NCBI RefSeq assembly: GCF_037042905.1
Contig: NC_087245.1
Span: 36,086,001-36,150,000 of the forward strand
Direction: 5' to 3'
From: Lytechinus pictus
Taxonomy: Eukaryota
Length of the DNA: 64,000 nucleotides
Position numbers and translations under genes: made by a program. Below the pieces are notes generated by a model. That model saw nothing but the letters and a program-made list of their open reading frames with translations. It searched no databases and was not told where the DNA came from. Of the stretch, positions 13,324 through 26,719 are shown one piece after another. Within the stretch, counting starts at the first letter, position 1; each line of letters starts with the position of its first letter.

Positions 13324-16300
13324 TCCGTGGTTCACGACATGGGAGGCAACGGCAAAAAAAAATGAGTTACTTAGTGTATGCGCGAAGCGCGCTCAATTGC
13401 CAGGTATACTGACCTAATAAAGGCATTTTAAGGACTGTGCCATTAGACGGACATGTATCTCACTGATCAAATAATACGAGTGCGAAGCGCGAGCTGAAAT
13501 TTGTTTTATATTCAGATCTAAAAAGGGACATTATAAGCAAATTTTTGTAATCATGATACGTACCTATCTTGCTAATCAAACAATGGGAGCGCGAAGCGCG
13601 AGCTTACATTTTTTGTATATATTGACCCCAAACGGGCATTTTAAGGAATATTTTTTTAGGAATCCATTGAGAGTATATCATCTCACCAAAGTCTAATGCG
13701 AGTGCCAAGCGCTTGCTGGTTTTGTTAGAATTACATCTAAACATCTGTTTGTATTCATTATCATGATTATTGACTGGGATAAGGATCAAATTGACTGGGA
13801 TAAGGATTTTACTGGCAAAACTTGTGAACAAGCTTGGACCTCATTGTTTCACAATATAAAAGAAGGTGTGGAAAATTATGTACCAGTACGCAAGTGTAAC
13901 ACGGATAAGAGACGAAATATTTATGTATCAAAAGCTATACTTAAGTTGTCTAAGAAGAAGACGCGTTACTGGAAACGATATTCAGATGTGAACAGGACTA
14001 GAGACGAGAGAGAAATCGACTACAGACAGTATAAACGAGTGAGGAACCAATTAAGGAAAGAAACAAGAGCAGCAAGTAACAACTTTGAACTCGACCTAGT
14101 TGAAAACATTGGCCATAATCCCAAAGCTTTTTGGCGTTATGCTAACAGCAAGGTAAAGAGTAAAGGTCGTATTACAAGCCTCATGAAGGGCAATGGACAA
14201 CTTACTGAATCAGATAGTGAAATAGCAAGTGTTCTTAACGATTATTTCTCCGAAGTATTCACTAGAGAGGACATGGACAGTATACCGGATATACAAGTTC
14301 CTTTGCGAAGTGACCTAACCACGCTAAGTGAAGTAAAAGTACAAGAGATAGATGTCAGCAAAAAGTTAAAAAACTTGAATACAAATAGGTCACCAGGACC
14401 AGATGGGTTGCATCCTAAAGTATTAAATGAGCTAGCTGAGTCCATTGCTAAACCATTGACATTAATCTGTAACAAGTCTATGCAGGAAGGTAAACTCCCA
14501 TCGGACTGGAAGCAGGGAACTGTAGTACCAATCCATAAGAAAGGGAGTAGAACCCAAGCCTCAAATTATAGGCCTGTTAGCCTTACGTCCGTTGCAGGAA
14601 AGTTGATGGAGAAAATTCTTCGAGATGTTATAGTTACACACTTGCTAAGAAATGACCTACTCACACAGATTCAGCATGGATTTACCCCAGGAAGGACGTG
14701 TGCCACTCAACTTCTTTATGTTCTTGAGGAATGGTCAAGGTTATTAGATGAAGGTGAAACAATCGATGTCCTATACCTTGATTTTCGGAAGGCATTCGAT
14801 AGCGTTCCCCATCAAAGGCTCTTACTCAAGCTAAAGGCACATGGTATAGAAGGTAAACTCCTGAACTGGATTAGAGCATTTTTGATCGGAAGAGTACAAA
14901 GAGTCTTTGTTAATGGAGAATCATCCGACTGGTCACCTGTTACAAGCGGAATTCCGCAAGGAAGTGTCCTCGGACCAGTCCTCTTCTTGATCTACATAAA
15001 TGACCTCCCATCTGACGTAATAAATAGCAGAGTGGTATTATTTGCTGATGACACGAAACTCTATAGTACTGGAAATACACCTTCACAGACGAGTGGTCTT
15101 CAAGACGACCTGAATAACCTTATTGAGTGGTCTGAGAGATGGCAATTACCCTTCAATGATGACAAATGTAAAGTGTTGCACATCGGCAGGAGAAACCTTG
15201 GAAAAAGCTACCATATGCATGGGAAAGACTTGCAAGTAATGGAAGCCGAAAAGGATCTCGGTGTAATAGTGGACTGTCAGCTGAAATTTCACCAGACATG
15301 TGTCATCAGCAGTTAGCAAAGGATACCAACTCCTCGCCATAATGAAAAGGACATTCACTCAACTCACAAGGACAACTCTGCCTCTGCTCTTCAAAACCCT
15401 AATAAGACCCCACCTTGAATATGGGAGTATCCTCTGGCATAGCAGATTCAAAGAAGATGCAAGGAGGATCGAAAGGGTCCAAAGAAGGGCAACCAAGCTG
15501 GTCAGAGAGCTGAAGAACGTCCCATATCAAGACAGACTCAAAGAATTGAACTTGTACTCCCTGCTGTACAGGAGGAGAAGAGGAGACATGATCTTCGTGC
15601 ACCAGCTAATGCATGGACTTATCAATCTCCCTCTAGATCACTTCTTCACAAAATCAGTAGGCAGATCAACAAGGGGACACTGCCTGAAGCTTCAGAAAGA
15701 GCACTGTAGACTGGACATTCGCAGCAAGTCTTTTAGCAGAAGAGTGATAGATGATTGGAATAGCCTCCCGGAAAGTATAGTCGTCTTGCCAACAACAGAA
15801 TCATTTAAAAGGCATGTAGATAAACATTGGTGGGATCATCGCTTTGATCTACCATGACTCCCACTCCTCAGCATGCGTACAGTAATAAACTCACCAGACT
15901 AAAACCATAGATGGAGTGACCGGGAATTACAGGCCACCGCCTTCTTCCTGTACTAGATGATGATGATGATGATGATTATCATATGCATCTCACGAATCAA
16001 ATGTTGCGAGCGCGAAGCGCAAGCTGAAAATTTAGGAAATTCAGACCTGAAAAGGGGCATTCTATGGCTTGTTTGTAGGAATTCACTAAGACCATACGTA
16101 TTTCAATATCCAAATGAAGCGAAGCGCGAGCTAAACAATTTTTGATATTCAGATCAGAAAAAGGGACATTTTAAGGACTGATTTTAGGAATTCATGAAGA
16201 GCAGACATATCTCACCAATCCACTAATGCGAACGTAAGCACGGACTGGAAATGTTTTATATTCAGACCTTAAAAGGGGGCAATTGCCTTAAGTAGTCATT

Positions 16301-16769
16301 AAAAAGAAGCAAATGTCACTACATAAAAACAACAACACGAAGTGTGCGGAAATATATTTGGTATATGTTGACTTGAAAACGAGATGTTTTAGTACAACAG
16401 GGTTATAATTATATCTCATTAAACACACCATGCGAGCACCAGGAACGATGAACGCATACTAGTAGGCACAGAGCCAATAATGTTTCATAAAGTTATGAAA
16501 AAAATATTTCTTATGTAATATAACATAATATATATAATATAATATTACATAGTATAATATAATATTATAAAGTATAATATAATATTATATAGTATGATAT
16601 AATATTATATAGTACAATACAATATTATATAATATAATATGATATAATATGATATAATATAATATATTAATATATTATAATGTACAATAATTTCTTCTTT
16701 CCCACTACGTTTCTCTTCCTTTCTCCCTCCTTTTCTCCCCCCCCCCCCCCCCCCGTAGTCACACCACTG
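13324..16769. mobile_element. Non-autonomous hAT-like element (same family as 55684-57222), split by the LINE
   Basis: Both halves are collinear with the 55684-57222 copy and join at ..tcatgattat|catatgcatc... Contains GCGAGCGCGAAGCGCGAGC motifs. The right end reads ..caccactg. Confidence 0.8.
13771..15971 (+). mobile_element. 5'-truncated CR1-clade non-LTR retrotransposon (ORF2 reverse transcriptase), antisense in gene A intron 2
   Basis: ORFs 13763-15316 and 15300-15857 carry YRPVSLTS, QHGF, DFRKAFDSV, GIPQGSVLGP, FADD, RPHLEY, ERVQRRATK and WNSLP. Short 3' UTR with an (ATG)n tail. ATGATTAT repeated at 13763-13770 and 15972-15979. Confidence 0.95.
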
Positions 16770-18661
16770 ATTCGGCTTATAATGAAAGGGGAATCGGTCC
16801 ATCGGAATAAATTTGGAGTGATTTTTTTATAGTTTGTTTAACACTTTTTTTGTCTGACACTGTCTCATTTCGGAACACTTCCTTCAAAACATCAGAAACG
16901 GTACTGATTCAAGAACCGTCGTAGGTTCTGCAAGGAACCATTTGGGATATTAAATAATTATTAAAAGTATAGTATAAACATGACAAAGTGCTTGTGCAGG
17001 GGCGACATAATGTTTTTCTTTTTATTGATTTAACAATTGTAGGGGTTATAGAATTATACGTCCAATACATCTAATTTTTATGGGTTTTTTTCTTCTATCT
17101 TCCCTTTATTATCATTTATCCCCTTTTTTCTAATAATTCAAATATCCTCCTCCCCTTGCGCCGTCCGTGTCTACTTGGTAAAACAATTTTGAAGATTCTA
17201 TATTCAGGAGGTCATACTTCCTTTTTCTGAGAGCACTGTTGAATGATCACTCCGGTTTTTTTTGTGGATATGTTATCTCCTTCAGCAATAAATTATCCAA
17301 TTTGTGCTGTACTCTACCCGGATGTAGTAAATGAATAAATATTCATTTCTTGAAGCTATTATTTACATTTGTTATTTATTAGATTAAACTATGGACTATT
17401 TCCGGGGTTTTTTTAATAGCCCTTGGATTGGCTGCACATTGAATGTACGAAATGGGAATTGAATCGGTAAAGAACTTCTTCATATCAAGTCCACAAAAAT
17501 TAAGATAATTGGACACTCATGATAATGAAATAAAAGAACAGAAAAACTTAGTGCGCGGTGCCATCGAATCATGATTTGTACATGTTTTAACTGATGTGTG
17601 AAATAAAAGAAAAATGGTGAATATGACTTTTTATTCTACACCTAGATTTAGGAAAATTTTCTGCGTTACGCTTAAAATATGATTTTTCGTTAAAACTGAC
17701 CTGATGTTGAATTGAATTAAATTTTCTATCGGTAGAACAGTTCAGTTAATCATAACCTCTTACACACTTTACTTTCAACATAATACGCATATGGTCGGCA
17801 ACTGACGAAATGATACGGAAATGCGTGCTATAGAGACTCCATGAACCCCCTCCCCTCATCTTTTTTCATAGCATAATGACCAATTTAGGGGAAGAGGAGG
17901 AATGACCGCCAGTGCAAATAACCGATGAACAAAATGTATAACGTAATAGCAATACTAAACATGTTAAACGTGACCTACTTGTAGTTGTATTTGACGAGGT
18001 GGATGAATATGTTGTGTCTGTGGAGAAAACGAACAGCACACAAAATAAACAGCATTTCAGTATACTAAAATTCTAGGTATGTCCTAATATTAATTGATTA
18101 GGAAATGCATGGTGTAGACTCCATGACCCCCCCCCCCCCCCTCCTCATCTTTTATGTATGGCCTAATGATCAATAGAGGAAGAGGAGGAATGACCACCAG
18201 TGAACCTGGCCCAGTTTGGGAGGGAGGGGGTATACCACGTCAAACGCACTTAATTATGGTTTATGTATTTTCAGATTTTGATTTATGTTGTGTTAATTCA
18301 TCATATTCATTTTCTGTTATTTTTTCAATTTCCCATGTTTATGTTCTGCTATTAATTTAACCTGTTTAAGTTCTTTTATTCCTGGAGAGCATCGTTGTAG
18401 AGCAGATTTTTTAACTGAACCGAATTACCCTCCACTGTTTTTATCGATAATGTTAAATAAAACAAGTTTCAAGTATCAAAATTTATTGATCAATATCCAC
18501 ACACATTGGATCATATTTTACAAATAAACAAACAGACACTTAATGTAGACAATTACAGTGAAACACAGTTACAAATGAAATATATAAATACGAAATACAA
18601 AGATATGTATATATATATTTATATAGAAATATAGTGGGCCCCTTAAGAAACATTAAAAATA

Positions 18662-20300
18662 CTTAGGTCAAATAAAACATAAATGAATAAATAAATAGAT
18701 AAATAAAGAAAGAAATACAGAAAGAAAGAAAATAGCCATACTAAAACATGACCTACTTGTACTTGTTGACGGGGCCATGGATATATCCGTTATAGCTGTG
18801 AAAAAAAAAACGAATAGCACACAAAATAAACAGCATTTCAGTATACTAAAATTCTAGATTTGTCCTTATATCAAGTATTGATAAGGAAATGCATGGTGTA
18901 GACCATACTCGGCAGAGCAAAAAACATGAAAAAAAGGGGAAAGAAAGAAAAAGGAAAAAGGAAAAAGAAGGGAAAAGAAAGGAGAAAAAGAAGAAGAAAA
19001 TTAAGAGGAGGGAGACGAGTGAATGAAAATAAGGTCAGGGGAAGACTTGGAAAATAATATTTCAAAAGTATTTCATATCACTGTATTGAATTTTCGCTCA
19101 CGCTTCGCGCTCTCATTGCACGTTCGATGAGATACAAATCTTCCTCAATAGACTGATATGTAGCTTAAAACATCAAGTTTTGAAGCCAATTTACAAAACA
19201 TATTTCAGCTCGGACATCGAGCTTTCATTATTTTGTTTGATTTACAAATTGATATTTTTTAAGTGTTCTGTAAAATGCCAGTTTTATGGTGTGAAATTCA
19301 ACATTTTCATGCTTGCACTGTGCGCTCTCATTATTTGATTTGCCAAGTAGACCTACCTATTGTCTTTGTGTATTCCATAAGATTCTCAAAATATCCCTTT
19401 CAGGTGTGATTGTCAAAAACAAATGCCTATCAGCTTAGGTCATATAAAACATAAATAAATAAATAAATAGATAAATAAATAAATAGATAAATAAAGAAAT
19501 AAAGAAAGAAAGAAAGAAAATAGCCATATTAAAACATGATCAACTTGTACTTGAAGTTGACGGGGCCATGGATATATCCGTTGTCGCTGTGAAAAAAAAA
19601 CGAACAGCACACAAAATAAACAGCATTTCAGTATACTAAAATTCTAGATTTGTCCTTATATCAAGTATTGATAAGGAAATGCATGGTGTAGACCATACTC
19701 GGCGGATCCAGGGGGCCCGAGTCGCCCGCCCCCCCCCCCCTATTGGCAGAGCAAAAAACATGAAAAAAAAGGGGAAAGAAAGAAAAAGGAAAAAGAAGGG
19801 AAAAGAAAGGAGAAAAAAGAAGAAGAAAATTAAGAGGAGGGAGACGAGTGAATAAAAATAAGGTCAGGGGAAGACTTGGAAAATAATTTTCAAAAAGTAT
19901 TTCATATCACTATATTGAATTTCCGCTCGCTTCACACTCGCATTGCCTGCTCGATGAGATACAAATCTTCCTCAATAGACTAATATGTAGCCCCCCCCCC
20001 CCCCGCTTCCGCGGCCCCTGATATACAAAACATGTTTCAGATCGGACATCGAGCTTTTATTATTTTGTTTGATTTACAAATTTGATTTACAAATTGATTT
20101 TTGTGTTCTGTAAAATGTCCGTTTTATGGTGTGAATATCAACATTTTCATGCTTGCGCTGTGCGCTCGCATTGTTTGATTTCCCAAGTAGGCCTACCTAT
20201 TGTATTTGTGTATTCCATAAGATTCTCAAAATGTCCCTTTTTAGGTGTGATTATCAAAAACAAAGGCCTATCAGCTAGCGCTGCGCGCTCGCATTTTGAT
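18662..20300 (+). repeat. ~770-bp direct tandem duplication (18662-19437 / 19434-~20275) in gene A intron 2
   Basis: Both units begin cttaggtca.ataaaacataaat and are collinear throughout. Confidence 0.85.
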
Positions 20301-20924
20301 TGGTGAGTTATGCATACCTCTATATTAATTCTATAACAAACTACTTCAAATCCCCCTTTCATAACAGTGTGCATTCTTTCAAAAATTTCGGCTCGCGATT
20401 TGCGCTCTCATTAATTGTTAAAAAATATATCAACCCATGAATCCTATTCATGAATACAAGAGTGCTTAAAATATTAAGTTTTCAGGCCTTAACGTTAACA
20501 AACTTCATGTTTTTGCTTATGTTTTCAGATTTTGATTTATGTTGTGTAATTTCATCATATTCATTTTCAGTTATCTTTTCATTTTACCTTGTTTATGTTC
20601 TGGTGGATGAATTCGCTGTGGAGAAAACAGATAGCTCACAAAACAAACAGCATTTCAGTATTAAAATTAATTGCATGTCATTTATTTCACGCCTCCGTTT
20701 GTAACTCTACGATACAATATTTTTTCCCCTTTCTTTCTTTTCCGCTCTCCCCTCGCCCCTACTCTTTCTCTCTCCCCTACCCCCCCCCCCCCTCTCTCCC
20801 CCCCCCCCCTCTTTCTCTCCCTCTCTCCCCCTCTCTCTATGCTTATATAAAAGTCCACTCATCAAATTTTCATTAAAAATGCAAATCAAAAACATTACCA
20901 GAAAATAAGTACTACAGTACTTAC

Positions 20925-20966
20925 ATGGAAGATTGCTTGTGATATCCGTAGTTGAGTTTGTTGTAG
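20925..20966 (-). CDS. Gene A exon 2: 42-bp Ser/Thr-rich ectodomain exon
   Basis: cttctag acceptor and gtaagt donor. Translates TTTNSTTDITSNLP, with an N-S-T sequon. Phase 1 to phase 1. Confidence 0.65.
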
Positions 20967-21329
20967 CTAGAAGTGAAGCCGGTAAATAGAAAAACGAGAG
21001 CCTTGGATTTGAATTTATTTAATTTTTATTAGCGGTAGGTTGGGGGTACATGTGGTAATCTAGATTAACTGTAGTTCCGTTTCACTTTCTTGTCTTTTCG
21101 TTGGATTAAAAAATATGTGTATGGTTGTTACGGAAAAATATTGAGGAAAGAAAAAAAAAAGGTCACTGCTAACAGTCATGCCAATACCTCTCCCCCGTAA
21201 AAACCACTGGAAGTGTTTTCATTAACATTTGTCATTTAACACGCCATCTTGAAATCAATTGGCTGTCATACACAGGTGGGTAGCTGTGCAACACCCGACA
21301 AGTCATTGCATGAAACGCCCCCCCAAAAA

Positions 21330-21670
21330 AAAATAATAATAATGAATTACTAAATATAAAAAAATAATAACAATAATGATTACGATGATAAATAAAAATA
21401 GTAAATAAATAAATAAATGAATATTTAAATAAATAAATTAGTTAATAAATGAATAAATAAATAAATAAATAAATAAATGAATATGTAAATAAATATGAAA
21501 AAATCAAAGAAAATAAAATAATAATAACAATGATATAGTAATAATAATACTGCTATTAATAATAATTATAATGATAATAATGATGATGATAACAATAAAA
21601 ATAATATCAATAATGATAATTTCAATAATAATAATTACAACAATAATGATTATAATAATAATAATTGAAA
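21330..21670. repeat. (AAT)n/(AAAT)n low-complexity tract
   Basis: Visible directly. Similar tracts at 16515-16680 (ATAAT), 30650-30770 (TTGG/TGAC/TTGC) and 41320-41430 (ATT). Confidence 0.9.
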
Positions 21671-22721
21671 AAATGGAAAAAATATAAAATTTATAATTTC
21701 ATTATCGGAAAAAAAAGGGAAAAACCACTGAATGGAATGGAACATCTTGGGCCGTTGGTGTCCAGAAGGAGAGTAGACTAGAGCAGGTAAATGGAAATAC
21801 ATAATAAGGCATTTCTACATTATCTTGAAATGTGACATTATGAAACCTGTTGGTAACAGTTTCACTGCATTGATATATTATTGTTTTCAATATTATCTTT
21901 ATCAGTAACACTACTGAGGAAGATCATCATTTTATTATTCATATTTACGGGACTAATAAATAGTACACAAAATTAAAAAAAAATTGGCTATTATTATTAT
22001 TATCATTATTATTATTATTACATCACCGTTTATGCTTTTGAAAGCGATTCAATTTTTGAAGAATATATAAAAGAAATGATATAAGGGTTTCTTACAAAAT
22101 TGTCAAGTGAAACAACAATGATTCTTCCCTGAACATGTGGAATTAGCATTGTTTAATACTTTATGGTTCATTCAAGTTGGTCCTTATTGTTAAATCTGAG
22201 AAAAGTGAAATATTGTATAATTCAAACAATAAAAAACAAAAGAAAAGGTGAGTGATGGACATCATCGACTGACTCATTTGCATGTCACTGAGTTGTGCAC
22301 ATCACGGTTTTGTGAAAAATAAGCGAAACTTTAAAATGTCATAACTTTCTTATTTTACATCCGATTTTGATGAAATTTTTAGCAATATACTGGTTTGATT
22401 TTTCTCTATTTATTCAAATCAACATTTTCCTGGGGTGGACTTGACCTTTAAATGGTTCGACCGAACACTTAAAATATTAGTTTCAGCTTAATGCATGGTT
22501 GGATATCATCTTGGAAAAGATTGTCACCTCTCCAGCCTTTCACATGTTGATTTAACATTTCATGTTTAAAGTGTTTAATTTACATGACTATTCAGCAAAT
22601 TATATTGGTTAATTTCAAGAGCAACGTATAGTTATAATATGGATTAAAATGCATCGGTTGAACTTCTGATTTGATTTTGTCGCCAAGGTGGAATCCAGTG
22701 TCATGCGGATACTGTACTTAC

Positions 22722-22845
22722 TTTGAGCATTTGCTAGGCAGATTTGAGAAACTCCAATTTGTAGGATGATTCCAAAACAAATTCTTGTAGTCCGCCACCT
22801 GACACACGAGCCTGTCTTGTTAGAGATTTTAGAACTATCCATCAT
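22722..22845 (-). CDS. Gene A exon 1: start codon and putative signal peptide
   Basis: Translates MMDSSKISNKTGSCVRWRTTRICFGIILQIGVSQICLANAQ, then a perfect gtaagt donor in phase 1. A-N-A resembles a cleavage motif. The four exons total 1389 nt, giving 462 aa plus stop. Confidence 0.6.
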
Positions 22846-24924
22846 TAAACTTTTGTATATGTACAACGACATCAAACAGCTTAAGATTATTCTGTCTTCC
22901 TCGTTTATGCTGAAAGTACACACTACGATAAGAAATCACGTACTGCTGAAAATGAAAGTAAAGCGATTATATTCCCATCCTTAAAAATTGTCACGCGAAG
23001 ATTTGAATTATGACTTGATAATCAAAACTGTAGAGCACCGTTTAAAATCGGCTTATAGAAGTCCGTTGATACTTGAATAGTATATTTTTTTTACCGAGGC
23101 GAAAAAAGGGGCGACCGGAATCTTATCGTGTTGCTTTCTTTGTGTAACTTATCTTGGTGTTGTTATCGGGTTTTTTTTTCTTTTTTTTTAGGAATCGGAC
23201 AGATAAAGGGTATATGAAAATACATAAGCAATATAGCATTCACTTCTAGCCTGAAAGCCCCCCCCCCCCCCGCCCCCTCATCCCCCAAATTTGAAAAATG
23301 TCATATGACGCCCCTATGATGCTGTCAAAATGTAACCACTAAGAAGGAAATAAAATTAAAACTTAAGTTCAAAGGCCAATTAAGCGATTCTGAAACTAGA
23401 TATGGCCAAACAAATTATTGTCTCTGAATTGTATTCAAGGATAATTATTTCAAAGGTATGGCCTGTCCAGGCTTATAGGCATTCGACTTGGTAAAATTCC
23501 AATCTACGCAACATGCCCAATCACATCGATTATGATGTAACATAACATTAACAAGAAATGTTTGAAATACCTTGCATTATACATGTATGTCATAACTCCA
23601 TTCCGGCAAGTAGCGTGTTTATAATCAGATGATTATAAAATACCCCATGAATTATAATCTAATCGAAAATCTAAAACTGATACCAATTTACTGTTTTCAG
23701 GGCGGATTCAGGATTTGCCGGGGGCATTATGACAAGCGACAAATAAAATATTTGATCAATATTTGAAGAAAAAAAAGCAAATTGTACACGTTATTTACGC
23801 ATACACCCGGAATTATATGATGTCATTTTTTATGCCTAGTTTGTGTTTTTTCGTATTAATTGCTTGCAAACCATCCACCCCTCACTCCCCCTCTCACCTG
23901 TCTCTCCCCCTCCATCTTTCTCTCTCGCTTTCTACCACACCCCTTTATCTCGTTTACTGTCAATCATCTCTTCGTGCTTCATCCTTTTCCCTTTCACTTT
24001 CATCACCATTATTTAACCATTTCTTTAGTTTTATTCATAAACATGACACGCTATAAACCCGAATGAAGAAACAGACAAATAGAGCTCTTTCTAGCTGTAC
24101 ATTTATTTATTCTGAAAAAAAAGTATTATCATTCTGTGAAAAGTAAATTTTATATAATCCACATCAATCTATTATTGCGATTTTATTTACAAAAAGGTAC
24201 ATTGATATTGATCAAAAATTGATCGCTTTACTATAACAATAATGACACCACTTTGTTTTTCTGATATAATTAATGATGCAACTCATCATGGGTAATCTAG
24301 CACCTCGTTAAAATGAGTTTTGAAAGTCCGTGCGCCAATACAGTCGGAGTGGAGAGAGAGAAAGGGTGGGAGGGAAAATGGAAAGGAAGAGAGAGGGGGT
24401 CAGAGAGAGGGGTGGAAGTAGTTGTATGTTTTGGAAGAGAGGAGAAAGACAGAGAGAGAAGGAGAGAGAAGAATATAGAGAGTGAAAACATTATTAGGAT
24501 GTAAAATATAGCTTCAATATTCAGCAATGCACGAATCTAGAGGTCTACCCGCTATTCATAATGTCGCCTTTCATGTGAGTGTGTGTGTAGGGGGGGGGGG
24601 CAAAAATCGCTATTTAATAATCGAAGAAGATGGCTAGTCAAAAGCATCTCTAATCGGGGTCTTCATTCATAATATAGAAAATCGGGGAATATTCATAAGG
24701 GTCCAGGGTTAATAACCGTCAAATTGGATGCTATTCATAATCAAAATAAGAGTTTATAGCTATATACTCCTATTAAAACAACACTCATGAGATACAATCT
24801 TAGTATTCCTAGCAATTAAGTCTCATACCTCTTATTGGAATACCCCACAGGGAGTGGAGAAAGTGCATACATTGCGTACATCGGATCCTGATCCGATTAC
24901 CGGACTGATGATATTAAGTAGAAT

Positions 24925-25131
24925 CAGTGGCGTACCTAGGATTTTCCACAGGGGGGGCAAATTCGTCCGCAAAAAAAATTGACAAGCAAAAAAAAAGGTC
25001 TTCAACCACAAATAAAGGATTTCGTACCAGAAAATAATTTGACAAGCAAAAAAAAAAAAAAAAAAAAAAAAAAGGTCTTCAAGACTCGTCAGGGGGGGCA
25101 GTCTGCCCCCCCCCCCGTAGGTACGCTAGTG
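24925..25131. mobile_element. hAT-like MITE
   Basis: TIR CAGTGGCGTACCTA / TAGGTACGCTAGTG. 8-bp TSD AGTAGAAT at 24917-24924 and 25132-25139. Confidence 0.85.
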
Positions 25132-25951
25132 AGTAGAATGTAAAGCGCTTAGAAACAGAAATAGTGAGCGCTACTATTTTTTCACTTTAGACAAGCGACA
25201 ATACAGACCTCCTTCCATATTGACTAGCAGCCCCGTTTCGTATTTTGATTTTTTTTTATGATTAGTGACCCTCAAACTTTATACGGAGTAGCTTTCTGGA
25301 AAAAGAGTCAATTTTTCATGATTTTGGATCAATTACAAATGATTTATGATCTTCATGGTGAATTATGAATAGTTATCCCTATCTCATAAGACGAATAGCT
25401 AATCCTATAATAATCCACGGGTACTGAAAGGTCTCTCAATCCCTTCCTGTTGAGATAAGTAGGGATGCTTCGGGTATGCCCTATCATTATATACTTTACA
25501 CTATACATGTATGATTATATAGGCCATTGTGAATTCAATTTACATATCGGTATAAGAAATGAAATTACCAATATACTCATCAACAATAAAAACGACAATG
25601 CAACAATAAAATTCAGTTAATAAGCCCCGATGAACAATTTTCATTATGATTAATGGTTCTTATGACTAGCGTGGTAGACGCTGGATATGCATCAGGCAAA
25701 TCTCTGGGCCTTTGGCTCTTAAACTATTATAGGTGAATAAGTTTAATAGAGGAGTCCCTTAACACATTTCCTGGACTGTAGGCTAATGTTTCTTCTTTAA
25801 ATTTCATCTTCAGGTCCGTCCGCATAAAGATTTAATATAATCTCTTTCTCATCTTAAAGTTTTTCTGATCATCCAATTCAAAGTATTTTTATCCCCTATA
25901 CGCACGCTTTTTAGTTCGGTGTAAAACTCTAGTGATTAACTCGTTGTCTAT

Positions 25952-26342
25952 TCAGTCAGTCTGATAATCAATTTTCTTCTTAATTTTAGTGGAGTAAAAA
26001 ACCTTTCCCGGAACGCCGGCAGGACGTGGATTTATCACTGGCGACATGACGTGGTCATCTTTATTTGCTGAACAATATCCGTAACCGGAGTTTGAGTAAC
26101 CGTTCGGCATGCACTTGTTGAAGTTCTCATTTCGTCCATCTGTTTTGACTTTGCCGCCGCCAGCAGCATGAACAGCGTTGTTTGTGCAGCTCTCCCGTTC
26201 TGATCGAGGCGCCATGCTAGCATACACCGGTCGCACACCCGGTTTGGCTTGTACCGCGTGGTCAGAGCCGAAAGGCGAGTCCTTTGAAGCCGACATCGGT
26301 ACTGGTGGAGGCGGTGGTGGTGGTGCCTTTTGGTTCATCTTT
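25952..26342 (-). CDS. Gene B (SMB-SRCR-WSC-CCP receptor), last exon: cytoplasmic tail with poly-Pro and Tyr motifs
   Basis: cttttcgtctag acceptor in phase 2. Translates RKMNQKAPPPPPPPVPM...VYASM...GYSNSGYGY...IDYQTD*. Confidence 0.8.
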
Positions 26343-26625
26343 CTAGACGAAAAGCGCAAACAGTAATAAGGCGTTTCAAAATATGGACAAAATATTATTG
26401 CAAGGATATCAGTGCACAAATTTACTGCACGACTGGATTATGTTCAAGTCAGCTGCATATAGTGATATATCATTTTGGTCACCACTACGGTGCGTCATTA
26501 AGTCAGACTGATTAATTTGAAACACCTTCCCGATCAGATTCGAAATTTGAGCGTTATGCTTGGTATTTCATTTCTTCATTTTTTTTATTACTTCGAGATG
26601 GATTTGAGTTTTGACTTTGGATTAC

Positions 26626-26719
26626 CTTCTCATCCTCCAGATGGTGAAAAGGATGAGTAAGATGAGAATGATGAGAAATGATACCACAAGGCCGATGATT
26701 ATGTTCCTGACGCTTCCTT
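26626..26719 (-). CDS. Gene B transmembrane exon
   Basis: tttttttcag acceptor and gtaatc donor. Translates KGSVRNIIIGLVVSFLIILILLILFTIWRMRR. Not in the supplied ORF track in this frame. Confidence 0.85.
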
